Shown here: in pieces, positions 1-9,115 of the stretch
How positions within the stretch are numbered: the first letter of the stretch is position 1
Layout of the letters: each line of letters begins with the position of its first letter
Assembly (NCBI GenBank): GCA_043809315.1
Contig: JAZDDX010000017.1
Coordinates: 1-64,000 of the forward strand
Direction of reading: 5' to 3'
Source of the DNA: Pseudomonadota bacterium
Lineage (GTDB): Bacteria; Bdellovibrionota_G; JALEGL01; DATDPG01
DNA: 64,000 bases
Made by a program: the position numbers and the translations under genes
Notes under the pieces: model-generated
What the model was told of the DNA's origin: nothing
The model's input: only the letters and a program-made list of their open reading frames with translations
The model's database searches: none

Positions 1-444
1 AACCCTCTCGCTCGTCCAATTCTGGGCGTTGCCGATCGCCTCGCGGGCGACACGGCAAAGGAGAACCTTCCGGTCGTGCTCAAACGTCCGGATGTCGATT
101 CCGGGAAGCGGTCTCGGAATGCTGGCGTCCGGCTTCTCGGACTGGATCACATCGCATGCCAGGCGCGAGCCGACGTAGTAGACGGTCCATTCCGTGTGAA
201 TCCGGATCGGGATCAGATAGCCGTGCTTTCGGAGAAGGTTGACCCTCTCGTACGCGTACCGGCTGCTCGTCGAATTCTCGAACTTGAAGAACTTCCGATA
301 GAGCACCTCGACCGACGCGAACTTCATCTCCAGCGTAAAACGGAGCGCTTCGATCTCCCTCTGTGTCAGCCGGATATTCCTCGGACCCTTCTCCAGTCTC
401 TTCTCCTCTCTCTTTTCTTGAATCATCAACTCCTGTCTGATCAT
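1..444 (-). CDS. Replication-relaxation (Replic_Relax / MOB_C-like) family protein, 3' end truncated by the window edge; not in the ORF track
   Basis: Translated by hand from ATG at 444 (GAGGTG SD upstream), open to position 1: MIRQELMIQEK...IRLTQREIEALRFTLEMKFASVEVLYRKFF...YERVNLLRKHGYL...FEHDRKV...NWTSERV. This fits the N-terminal wHTH, H-x-x-x-V and W-x-x-E pattern of the family. The catalytic C-terminus is not visible. Confidence 0.7.
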   Translation of the reverse strand, partial: MIRQELMIQEKREEKRLEKGPRNIRLTQREIEALRFTLEMKFASVEVLYRKFFKFENSTSSRYAYERVNLLRKHGYLIPIRIHTEWTVYYVGSRLACDVIQSEKPDASIPRPLPGIDIRTFEHDRKVLLCRVAREAIGNAQNWTSERV

Positions 445-509
445 TCTTCACCTCTGGATTTTTCCCGCCCGCCCCTCAACCACCATTGGCAATCTCCACT
501 CTCTGCAAA

Positions 510-566
510 GCAAAACTCCCCACCTCCCGACCAACATCGTGGCGGGCGGGAGGTGGGGAGTTTTGC
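510..566. repeat. Perfect 20-bp inverted repeat (hairpin) upstream of the relaxase gene
   Basis: GCAAAACTCCCCACCTCCCG (510-529) / CGGGAGGTGGGGAGTTTTGC (547-566), 17-nt loop. Confidence 0.9.
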
Positions 567-742
567 GATCTCACGGCCGGTTTCGTAGGTGTCCGAAATT
601 CCGAAGGAATCAACGGGCGGGCGGCACAAAACCCACTGAAACAACCCACTGATCGAAATGCAGTTGGCGATCGCGTGGGAACAAGACGAGTCGGCCGGGA
701 CGTTGGCCTTGTTTAGAGGCCCCGTCCCGACAACTCGAATTG

Positions 743-911
743 CTCTCTCCGCCACTCTTTGTGGAACATTTGTGGACCAGGTCAGCTGGTTTTTCGGTTT
801 TCGGCGGCAATTCTCGGTAATCGATGGGTGGCTATCGGTTTGATATTGTTCGTTTTGCCTATGATCACGAGCGGTTCCAAACCCCTTCCTCGATCCCCTC
901 TCTCTCCGCCA
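743..911 (+). mobile_element. att-type end(s) of an integrative element at a tRNA-Ser 3' end (+ orientation)
   Basis: CTCTCTCCGCCA at 743-754 and again at 900-911 (TCGATCCCCTCTCTCTCCGCCA resembles a tRNA-Ser T-arm/acceptor end). Arm-like direct repeats TGTGGAACA/TGTGGACCA at 760-779. Confidence 0.65.
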
Positions 912-1024
912 AAGTCTCACCCTTTTCTCGTCCAGTAACCACGGCCGACCGCCGATTCGGAATCCCGAGGGGCCGTTGACACCGCGTGTTGGGTCGTCCT
1001 ATAAGTCACGCTAAGGGGGTAGAT

Positions 1025-1510
1025 ATGAAACGAACTGTTATTTCGTTAATGGGTCTCATCATCTCCTCATCTGCATTTGCCGCACAGGACGTAAAGCTCA
1101 ATTGTTTCATCAAGGAGAGGGGAACCAGCGATTGGAACATCGTTGCGAAACAGAAGAGCCCGATCGTCCTCAAGGACGACAAAGGGGAAGCTAAGATCGA
1201 ACTCAAGTTCGACCTGGGGAACGACGAAGTCATTAAAGTAAGCGGAAACAGCTCCGTTACCATCTTCAAATCGGATTTTGGGAACGGAAGAGTCAACGAA
1301 TCCTCCGTCGTCTCCGTCAGCCAGAATGTGACCGTGGGTTCAAGGAATGTTCGACTTTCGGACCTGGGTCGAGTCGGGAATCTCGAAGATCTTACAGGCG
1401 GTCAGGACAAAGAAGGAAACGTCACCATTACGGATTCCTCGACCACGTTCACACTCACCGATCTCAACGCGACGTTCGTCACGTATTGTGGAGTGACTGC
1501 GAAACCGTAG
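1025..1510 (+). CDS. Hypothetical secreted protein
   Basis: Sec signal MKRTVISLMGLIISSSAFA|AQ; predicted beta-rich; two Cys. Confidence 0.75.
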   Translation: MKRTVISLMGLIISSSAFAAQDVKLNCFIKERGTSDWNIVAKQKSPIVLKDDKGEAKIELKFDLGNDEVIKVSGNSSVTIFKSDFGNGRVNESSVVSVSQNVTVGSRNVRLSDLGRVGNLEDLTGGQDKEGNVTITDSSTTFTLTDLNATFVTYCGVTAKP

Positions 1511-1548
1511 TTGCGAATCCGAGGAATCTTCCCCTCTGTTCTTGCTCT

Positions 1549-4017
1549 CTATTTCCGCAGGAACGTGCAGCAGGGGTTGAGCGTGACGCTCACGATTCCG
1601 GCGTCGGGCAACGTCATGAGTTCCCCGGAATCGGTCGTTGCCTGTGACGTCGCGTTGGCCGAATCAACCCAGATCCTGACCGTGCTCGAGAAGTAGCTCC
1701 CGTCGTTCTCGTCCAACACGCTGCCGGCCGTCGCCTGCAACTCGGCGAGCTTCGCGAACTCCCCGATGTTTTCGATCGAGCTATTCCCGCTCCGGTCGAT
1801 CGCGAGGTATCCGTCACCAGCATTGAGCCACTTCGTCCATTCCAGCGTTTCGTTGCTGTCGAGATCGAACCGAACGGCCCGATTGAACGACATGGCGCCG
1901 TCGAGGTCATAGTCGAGCCAGACGTGCGCGTCCTGCGTCGCCGCCGCCCCGACGCTGATCGCGGTGGAGTTGCCGCCGGTCAGGCTTTCGATGTCGGTGA
2001 TGTCGCATTTGAACGTGTAGTTCCCGGAGAAGGGGGGGAGCTTGAACGAGACGCTCTCTTGCCCGTTTGCGTCCGGAATGAACGGTGTCCCGGCCGCCAA
2101 GATGTCGTTGAAACCGGCCGCGTCCTGCTGGTACTGCAGACGGATCTTCGCGGTCGTGAGGTCGTTGTTGTCGGTCGCTTTGCAGATCACGTCGACCGGC
2201 TGTCCCGCGGTGTACGGCGCACTGGGGCTCACGCTCACCGTCACGGTCGGCGTCGAACCGACCTGGATCGGATGGGAGCCGGTGACGGACAACCCGGCGG
2301 CGTAGGTCACCATGGCCGTCAAGGTGACGGACCCGCCCAACGCCGGTGTCGTGTACAGCGTATGCTCGTGGCCGGCGAACGAGACGTTCGTGAGAAGGGT
2401 TTGCGAATTGGCCGTGAGGGAGTTGATCGTTGCGCCGCTGTTGTTCCCGGAAAGTGTCAGGTCGACCTGAATCTGCTCCCCGATGTTGTAGTAAGAAGGC
2501 TCCAGACCGGTAGCGAGGCGCTTCGTCGTAACGGTCACGCCGACGTTGTCGATGAGGTATGAATTCGAGCTGACGAGGATGGCCTCATTTCCGCCTGCGT
2601 CTACGGCCCGCACGTGGAACGTCACGTACTTGCCGGCCATCGCGGCAGTCGGCGTGAACGTTGCGGAGTTGCTCGATTGAAGGGCACGGAAGACAACCGG
2701 CGCAGGCGTAGGGCTTGACGGCGGATTGGTGTCGAGGATGTACGAGAACTCGTATTGCAGGTTCGGGCAGTTATCCAAAGCGCCGGCCCGGATCGTCACG
2801 CCCGAGCCGACCGGGAGGAGGGCGGGGGGAACCGGGGGAAGTTGTGTGAATTGCAAGTTGGTCGGCGCCTGTGTGTCGGCATTGACGGTGACGGTCGTGC
2901 TCGCGTTGCTCGCGTCCTGATTCCGGTCGTAATCCCATCCGCTCGCGGCGTACGTGTAGGTCGCCGTCACGTTCGCCGACTGGCTCGTCGAATAGGTCAT
3001 CCGTTCGTTGGAATCGGTGTAGCCGTTTTTCTTGGAAGTGCCGTTCTCGTAAATGTAGGCGCGGATCCAGTCCTTTCCGAGTGCCGGACTGGAACTGTCG
3101 GTCGAATCATCGCCGAACTGGAACGTCACCGTGTACGACTGTTTGGGGCAGACGCTCTGATTCGCGGATGCCGATACCGTGGGAAGCGCGCCGTTGGCCG
3201 GAAGGGGGAGGACCTGGAAATAGTTCGCCTGACTCGCGTTGGTCGGAAACTTGCTGTCGGTCGCCGAGATCTGGAGGTTGTAATTGCCGACGGGGGAGTT
3301 GGCCGCATCCACCGTGTCGATGGTGTACCAAACGGTTTGCGAGCCGGGAGCCTTGGTTCCGTTAAAGACCTGGACGGTCGAGCCGTCCGGTTTGGTAAGG
3401 CTCACGGTGACGGCGAACGAGCTGTCACACGAATCGTTGTCCGAGAGCGAATAGTTGATCGAGACGGTTTTCGACCGGGCAAAATCGACGGGAGGAGCCG
3501 CCCGATTGATGCTCGGGTACTGCCTCGTCGGATTCGCTGCGTTGATTGCAATGGTCGGGCCGGCGGTGTTCGAACAGTGAGGGGCCGTCCCGCAGACTTC
3601 ATTCGACACGTGTGATTCGCCGACCGAATTGATCGCTTTGACTTCGTAACAGTACGCGGTGTCCTGTTGCAGGGAACCGTCGTGGTAGGTCGTGGCGGTG
3701 ACCGCCGAGGTCAACGTGCCGTAACTCCCGGTGCCGACCTTACGCAGCAGCGTATAGCTTTCCGCATAGGGGGAGGCGGTCCAGGAGAGATCGGCGTAGT
3801 TCGATCCCATTCCGACCAAGGTGAGTACCGGGGCGTCGGGGGCCTGGCCGCTCAACGATCCGGATCCACCGCCGCCCGATCGCAGAGCCACAGTGGCGGC
3901 CGGCTCCGGCGTAGCGGTCGACCCCGACTTGAAACCGGCGTTGAATTCGAATCCTTTGCTTTGACAAGCCGTGAGAACGGCGAAGATCCCGAACGCTAGA
4001 ATTTTCAGTGTTTTCAT
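1549..4017 (-). CDS. Large surface lipoprotein: fibronectin type III and Ig-like repeats, with a C-terminal Ca2+-binding (DxDxDG-type) domain
   Basis: Start at 4017 (GGGGGAG SD); lipobox LTAC; Fn3 (LSWTASP..YTL..Y.D..L...T.Y.Y.V.A.N..GES); S/T-rich; C-terminal LDYDLDG...RFDLDSN...DGYLAIDRSGN...GELMTL..AGI.SV.L as seen in RTX-associated Ca-binding domains. Confidence 0.8.
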   Translation of the reverse strand: MKTLKILAFGIFAVLTACQSKGFEFNAGFKSGSTATPEPAATVALRSGGGGSGSLSGQAPDAPVLTLVGMGSNYADLSWTASPYAESYTLLRKVGTGSYGTLTSAVTATTYHDGSLQQDTAYCYEVKAINSVGESHVSNEVCGTAPHCSNTAGPTIAINAANPTRQYPSINRAAPPVDFARSKTVSINYSLSDNDSCDSSFAVTVSLTKPDGSTVQVFNGTKAPGSQTVWYTIDTVDAANSPVGNYNLQISATDSKFPTNASQANYFQVLPLPANGALPTVSASANQSVCPKQSYTVTFQFGDDSTDSSSPALGKDWIRAYIYENGTSKKNGYTDSNERMTYSTSQSANVTATYTYAASGWDYDRNQDASNASTTVTVNADTQAPTNLQFTQLPPVPPALLPVGSGVTIRAGALDNCPNLQYEFSYILDTNPPSSPTPAPVVFRALQSSNSATFTPTAAMAGKYVTFHVRAVDAGGNEAILVSSNSYLIDNVGVTVTTKRLATGLEPSYYNIGEQIQVDLTLSGNNSGATINSLTANSQTLLTNVSFAGHEHTLYTTPALGGSVTLTAMVTYAAGLSVTGSHPIQVGSTPTVTVSVSPSAPYTAGQPVDVICKATDNNDLTTAKIRLQYQQDAAGFNDILAAGTPFIPDANGQESVSFKLPPFSGNYTFKCDITDIESLTGGNSTAISVGAAATQDAHVWLDYDLDGAMSFNRAVRFDLDSNETLEWTKWLNAGDGYLAIDRSGNSSIENIGEFAKLAELQATAGSVLDENDGSYFSSTVRIWVDSANATSQATTDSGELMTLPDAGIVSVTLNPCCTFLRK

Positions 4018-4048
4018 CAGGCTCCCCCGGGTGCCAGGCATCTATTTA

Positions 4049-4065
4049 TGCAATGCCCGAGCCAG
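4049..4065 (-). promoter_or_regulatory. Sigma-54 (-24/-12) promoter of the Fn3 lipoprotein gene
   Basis: Minus strand CTGGCTCGGGCATTGCA, with GG-N10-GC spacing, ~30 nt upstream of the ATG. Confidence 0.65.
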
Positions 4066-4171
4066 CAGGACGCCTAAAAAACGTTTCGTATTTAGCTACT
4101 TACATAGATCCAACACTTTTCCACGCGCCGAAATATCGCCAGGTTCCCCCCAGCTCGGATTTTTTGCGGGG

Positions 4172-5737
4172 CTATCGGGCGGCCGCCATTCGAGCCAAGG
4201 CGGCCTTGGCGAACTCATAGCTCGGGTCGAGTTCAAGCGCTTTCCGGTACCACGTATTCGCCGAGTCGAAGTTCTTCTCGGTTTCGCGGAGATATCCGAG
4301 ATTGTAATACGTCTTCGCGCGCGTCGGATCGACTTCAAGGGCGCGGCGAAGCAATTCTTCGGCCTCCTTGTGCCGGTCCCGCTCGATCAGGCGAACGCCG
4401 AGATTGTTCAGAGCGATGATCTGCGTCGGATTTCGCCGGAGCGTTTCATAATAACAACGGATTTCCGCCTCTTTCTCCCCGGTGCGGTAGTAGTGCCATC
4501 CCAAATAGAAATGAGGGATGTAGTTATCGGGGTGGCGCGCGATCGAGCTTCCGTACAACCGGACCTCATCGTGCCACTGCCGGTTTCGGAGAACGGCGAC
4601 ACCGGACAAAAGGAGGAGCCAGACGGAGACCGCTGCAACCACGATCTTTCGGTTCTTTTGAAGAAGCGCCTGTGAACCGACGGCGAGCGCCAGCGAAAAA
4701 CCTGCCAACGGGAGATAGAAATATCGCTCCGCAAGGAGCCCCAGGCGGTCGATGGCGAGTGAAACGGGAATCAAGGGGGCCAAGAAGAGCGCCACTCCCA
4801 ACAGGAACGCTCGATTGCGTCGCCACCTCCAGACAACGAAAGCGATCGCGATCGCAAACAGGGCAATGAGAGGAAGGTCGTTCTTCCAGTGGAAGGGGAC
4901 GTACGGGTAGGCGTTGAAAAAATCGGTGTCGGCGGGAACGACGAACAGAAATAGGAACCGCTTCAGGAGTTCGCTCGTATTCTTGAGATTATCGAGCGAG
5001 AAACGTTCCGCGACTCCGCTCCCGATCATGCTCTGACGGAACCAAAGAGCCCCGGCCGACAAGACCCCGGCCGTTCCGAACAGTCCGGCAACAACTCTTT
5101 TCTGCGCCTTCCAATCGTCATCAGTTGCCGCAACCGCGACGATCGTCAGGAACGGAACCAACACGGAGATCTCTTTCGAGAAAAAGGCGAACGGGATCGT
5201 CAGGGCAAAAAGAATCCATTCTCCCACCCCCGGTTTCTTCGAACGGTCCAGAATCCGGACGATCATGTGCACGTTCGCCAGGGCAAAAAAGGCGGCAAGC
5301 AGATCGGTCCGTGCCGCGATCCAGGTCACCGCCTCAACGCCGATCGGATGGACAGCGAACAAAAGCGTGGCGAAGAGAGCGGTTCCGGACGTCAGGAACT
5401 TCCGCGTGAGGGTGAAAAGGAGCAGGCAGTTGATCGCGTGAAGAAGGTTGTTCACCAGGTGAAACCAGAACGGGTTCGCCCCAAAGAGGTGGTAGTCGAC
5501 CATGTACGACAGAAGAAACACGGGACGGAAGATGTCGGAACCTTGCGACTCCATGGAAGTCGACTGCCAGAGGCGGGTGGTGAGGATGCGAGGGAGGTAC
5601 TCGAACGACCGGATGTAGGGGTTTTGGGCCACCTGGTAGTGGTCGTCCAGGATCCAGGTGCCATCCAGGTTCGTGGAAAAGAGCACAAGGGGGATCAGAA
5701 GAACGAACAAGATTCGCAGAGTGTTCTTGTTTCGCAA
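4172..5737 (-). CDS. TMTC-like GT-C membrane glycosyltransferase with C-terminal TPR repeats
   Basis: WILDD, FRPV, FHLVNNLLH, HPIGVEAVTWIAAR, FSKE, ERYFYLP and RN.QW.DE..LY motifs; multiple TM helices; 3-4 TPRs. Confidence 0.85.
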   Translation of the reverse strand: MRNKNTLRILFVLLIPLVLFSTNLDGTWILDDHYQVAQNPYIRSFEYLPRILTTRLWQSTSMESQGSDIFRPVFLLSYMVDYHLFGANPFWFHLVNNLLHAINCLLLFTLTRKFLTSGTALFATLLFAVHPIGVEAVTWIAARTDLLAAFFALANVHMIVRILDRSKKPGVGEWILFALTIPFAFFSKEISVLVPFLTIVAVAATDDDWKAQKRVVAGLFGTAGVLSAGALWFRQSMIGSGVAERFSLDNLKNTSELLKRFLFLFVVPADTDFFNAYPYVPFHWKNDLPLIALFAIAIAFVVWRWRRNRAFLLGVALFLAPLIPVSLAIDRLGLLAERYFYLPLAGFSLALAVGSQALLQKNRKIVVAAVSVWLLLLSGVAVLRNRQWHDEVRLYGSSIARHPDNYIPHFYLGWHYYRTGEKEAEIRCYYETLRRNPTQIIALNNLGVRLIERDRHKEAEELLRRALEVDPTRAKTYYNLGYLRETEKNFDSANTWYRKALELDPSYEFAKAALARMAAAR

Positions 5738-5861
5738 GGTTGAGCTGGAGCTTACCAGACGTTTCGCACCCCGACCTAGTCACAGATCCTAATCCGGAAG
5801 GACAGGGGATCCGCTTCGGCAAAAAGATGAAAAATCAGCCGGTTCAGCCGATGATACGTCG

Positions 5862-7406
5862 ATGCAGGACTGCAATCTTGCGAGGCCGGTGCTGGAACGG
5901 GCCCGCACTCTCCCCGGACGGACGGCGCTCGAAGTCGACGGGCGAACCCTTAGCTATGACGAGCTGATCCGGGAGACGTTGCGGGTTGTAGGATGGTTGG
6001 AAACCGTCCCGCGAACGACGAGACGGATCGGCCTTCTCGCTTCCCGGACCGTCGAGGTGTACGCCGGGATTCTCGCTTGCGCCTGGACCGGCGCCTGCTT
6101 CGTTCCGATGAGCCCGCGACATCCTCCGGTCTATCTGCGCCATCTCTTGGAGCACCTCCATCTCGACGCCCTCATCGTCGATCGGTCGGGGCTCGATCTT
6201 CTGCGGAAAGGTCTTGCTCAACACGCTCCCGGTTCAGTCTACGAACCGTTCCACAGCGGATCGGATGCCGTCCAAACCCCCTCGGCGGTTCCGCCGGTCG
6301 TCGTCTCTCCCGATGACGTCGCTTACATCATGTTCACCTCCGGGACGACGGGTTCTCCCAAGGGGGTCGTCATCACCGCTGGAAACGTCACCCATTTCCT
6401 ACGGAGGACCCTGGAGCGTCTCCCGATCCGGCCGGAAGACCGTCTGTCCCAGTTTTTTGAGACGACATTCGATGGGGTGATCCGGGACCTCTTCAGCGCC
6501 TGGTGGAGCGGAGCCTCCCTCCACGTCCTGCCGGAGGACCAGCTGATCGCTCCTGCCGATTTCATCCGTTCCCGCCGTCTGACGGTCTGGTTCTCGGTCC
6601 CATCGGTCATCACCTTTCTGCGGCGTCTGAACCTGTTGTCTCCCGGTACTTTTCCCTCGCTTCGGTACTCCCTCTTCGGAGGCGAATCGTTGTCGGTTTC
6701 GAATGCGGTTGCCTGGAAGGAAGCGGCGCCGAACTCCGTTCTGGAGAATCTCTACGGTCCAACCGAACTCACGGTGGCCACAACAGCCGATCGGGTCGGG
6801 GACCCGATGAATGTCACGGAGGGGAGGGGGACCGTCTCGATCGGTCGCCCGCTACCGGGGATGGAAGGGGCTGTTTTCGATGAAACCGGCCGGCTGGCAA
6901 GGCGGGGGGAGACGGGGGAGCTGGCGTTCTCGGGCCCGCAAGTGGCCGCCGGCTACCTCGACGATCCTTCCGCTACGGCAGACCAGTTCCGCACGATCCA
7001 TCATCCCGGTCTCGGAATGGGGATCTGGTATTTCACGGGGGACCTGGCGTACGAGGACGAGAACGGCTTTCTCCACCTCCGGGGTCGGATCGACAACCAG
7101 ATCAAGATCTGGGGGCAAAGGATCGAACTGGAGGAGGTGGAGAGGCGCGTTCAGGAGGTCGCGCCTGAGGCGGAGATCGTCTGCGTTCCTTATCCGGTGC
7201 AGGATGGAGTCGTGCACGGGATCGTGGCGTTCGTTTCGGGGAACTGTCCGCCCCCCGCCGAGATGCTCGAAAGGATTCGGGAGACCGCCCCCCCGTATCT
7301 GGTTCCGAAGAGGTTCGTACCGGTCGATTCGATTCCGCGAACACCCCACGGCAAAACCGATCGGGCGGCGCTTGTGCGGAAACTGGAGAAGGGACAGAAG
7401 GGTTGA
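5862..7406 (+). CDS. Stand-alone amino-acid adenylation enzyme (DltA/NRPS A-domain-like)
   Basis: YIMFTSGTTGSPKGV, NLYGPTE, GELAFSG, YFTGDL, GRIDNQIKIWGQRIELEE, PRTPHGKTDR. Confidence 0.9.
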   Translation: MQDCNLARPVLERARTLPGRTALEVDGRTLSYDELIRETLRVVGWLETVPRTTRRIGLLASRTVEVYAGILACAWTGACFVPMSPRHPPVYLRHLLEHLHLDALIVDRSGLDLLRKGLAQHAPGSVYEPFHSGSDAVQTPSAVPPVVVSPDDVAYIMFTSGTTGSPKGVVITAGNVTHFLRRTLERLPIRPEDRLSQFFETTFDGVIRDLFSAWWSGASLHVLPEDQLIAPADFIRSRRLTVWFSVPSVITFLRRLNLLSPGTFPSLRYSLFGGESLSVSNAVAWKEAAPNSVLENLYGPTELTVATTADRVGDPMNVTEGRGTVSIGRPLPGMEGAVFDETGRLARRGETGELAFSGPQVAAGYLDDPSATADQFRTIHHPGLGMGIWYFTGDLAYEDENGFLHLRGRIDNQIKIWGQRIELEEVERRVQEVAPEAEIVCVPYPVQDGVVHGIVAFVSGNCPPPAEMLERIRETAPPYLVPKRFVPVDSIPRTPHGKTDRAALVRKLEKGQKG

Positions 7407-8845
7407 CCCGGTTCCTGACGATCGTCCCGCCTCTCGATCGCTTCCCCCGCTTGGTCCGCTTCGCGCAGACGGATCTTGGGAAGGTCTGCGCCGTGACGAC
7501 GTTCGGTTTGTTGCTGTTTGTCTTTGGGGCCGGATGGTGGCTCGACACCCTGATGGCACTTCTCGTCGTGACCTTCTTCCCCGCGCTTCGTCAGTGGATC
7601 TTCATGGCGGCATCGTTCTACTGGCTCCTCCGGTTTCCGGGAATGCGGAGCCATTGGACGGAGGAGATGGGGGAACTCGACTCCCTGTTCTACGTCGTTG
7701 TAGCCGGGGTCTTCATGTTCGGATTCCTGGCGACCTGGTCGATTCGCCGGTACCAACTCTCGCGTCCGGTGGCAGTTCTCGTCGTGACGTTCCTTTCGTT
7801 GCTTGCGATCGGATCCGTCTGGCGGTTGTCGCCGGCCGGACGTCTTTATTTCTTCGTGCTGACGATCGTCGGACATTACTTTTGGTACCTCGCGTACAGC
7901 CTGCACGAGGCTCGGATGGAAAAGCCGACCCCGTACCGCTACCAGGTCGGTTATTACTACCCCTTCTGGGCGAACATCCCCGGCCCCGCCTACGTCCCGA
8001 TTCCGAAAGGGGCTTCGTATATCCGGGAGATCGAATGTCACGACGCCGAAGAGCTTGCGGTGGTCCGGCTTCGGGGGATCAAGCTCCTGCTCTGGACGAT
8101 GGTTCTTAGCGCGGCGGTCCCGGTGGTCCGGATGCTTTTCTGGGGGGAGCGCGTTCCGTGGGTTCTTCCTTCCCCCGGGAGTTCGATCAGCATCGACACG
8201 TTCATCCGCTTGCTTGAGATGACCCAGGAGGGAACCCAGCAGCCGGTTTGGAAGACCTGGTGGATGCTTTGCATGAGCTATCTCCTGGCGACGATGGACG
8301 TCACGATCAAGTGGGGAGTCGTCGTCGCCACCTGCCGGATGGCCGGATTCCGTGCTTTCCGAACGACCTACAAGCCGTTCCATTCGAGGACCCTTCTCGA
8401 GTACTGGAACCGGATCAACTACTATGTGAAGGAGCTGGTCACCGATCTCTTCTTTTACCCGACCTTTTTTCGGTACTTCCGGAACCGGCCCCGCCTGAGG
8501 CTCTTCACCGCAACGTTCGCCGCGGCAGGTCTGGGGAACTTCCTGGTACAACTCTTTTTCCGCGGCGCAGCCTTCGCGCGGGACGGCTTCGTTCCGACGA
8601 TCGAATCGTCCCTCTCGTACGTCGTTTACTCGGTCCTACTGGGGACCGGGATCGGGATCTCCCAGCTTCGCGTGAAACGGCATGCGGAGCTGCGCCACGC
8701 GGGATGGTTCCGCCGGAATGTCTGGAGCCGGATCTGCGTGCAGATGTTCAGCCTGGCTCTGTTCATTTTCGGCGTCTGGCTTCCCCCCTATCGCGTGACG
8801 CTCCAGTTTCACTTTATCTTGTCGCTGGTTGGGATCAGGATCTGA
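7403..8845 (+). CDS. Divergent MBOAT-family (DltB/AlgI-like) membrane acyltransferase
   Basis: Polytopic membrane protein; RMAGF....TYKPFHSRTLLEYWNR...FFYP matches the MBOAT core; translationally coupled to the A domain. Confidence 0.7.
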   Translation: MTRFLTIVPPLDRFPRLVRFAQTDLGKVCAVTTFGLLLFVFGAGWWLDTLMALLVVTFFPALRQWIFMAASFYWLLRFPGMRSHWTEEMGELDSLFYVVVAGVFMFGFLATWSIRRYQLSRPVAVLVVTFLSLLAIGSVWRLSPAGRLYFFVLTIVGHYFWYLAYSLHEARMEKPTPYRYQVGYYYPFWANIPGPAYVPIPKGASYIREIECHDAEELAVVRLRGIKLLLWTMVLSAAVPVVRMLFWGERVPWVLPSPGSSISIDTFIRLLEMTQEGTQQPVWKTWWMLCMSYLLATMDVTIKWGVVVATCRMAGFRAFRTTYKPFHSRTLLEYWNRINYYVKELVTDLFFYPTFFRYFRNRPRLRLFTATFAAAGLGNFLVQLFFRGAAFARDGFVPTIESSLSYVVYSVLLGTGIGISQLRVKRHAELRHAGWFRRNVWSRICVQMFSLALFIFGVWLPPYRVTLQFHFILSLVGIRI

Positions 8846-8850
8846 ACGAG

Positions 8851-9099
8851 ATGGACCCCCGAACCGAGATCCGATCCGAAGTCGCGAAGATGCTCGCCGA
8901 ACGCGAGGGGGTTGTCGTGGTGTCGGATTCCGAAAGGCTCGTGACGACGGGCAGGCTCACCTCCCTCGAGGTGGTGCAGCTCGGGGTCTTTCTCGAACAG
9001 GTGTTTCAGGTTGATTTCACGAGAGGCCCGTTCAACAAATACGACTTCGAGAGCGTCGACCGGATGGTCGATCTGGTCCGCCGGAGTCGTGGGGCGTGA
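8851..9099 (+). CDS. Acyl/aminoacyl carrier protein (DltC-like)
   Basis: 82 aa from ATG 8851; LVTTGRLTSLEVVQLGVFLEQVFQVDF resembles the G-x-(D)-S-L phosphopantetheine site, with T in place of D. Confidence 0.75.
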   Translation: MDPRTEIRSEVAKMLAEREGVVVVSDSERLVTTGRLTSLEVVQLGVFLEQVFQVDFTRGPFNKYDFESVDRMVDLVRRSRGA

Positions 9100-9115
9100 G
9101 TCTGCGCCTGTACGC

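Noticed and set aside
76-588. ORF-track ORFs 76..588(+) and 80..451(-)
   Set aside because: Antisense or off-frame shadows of the Replic_Relax gene
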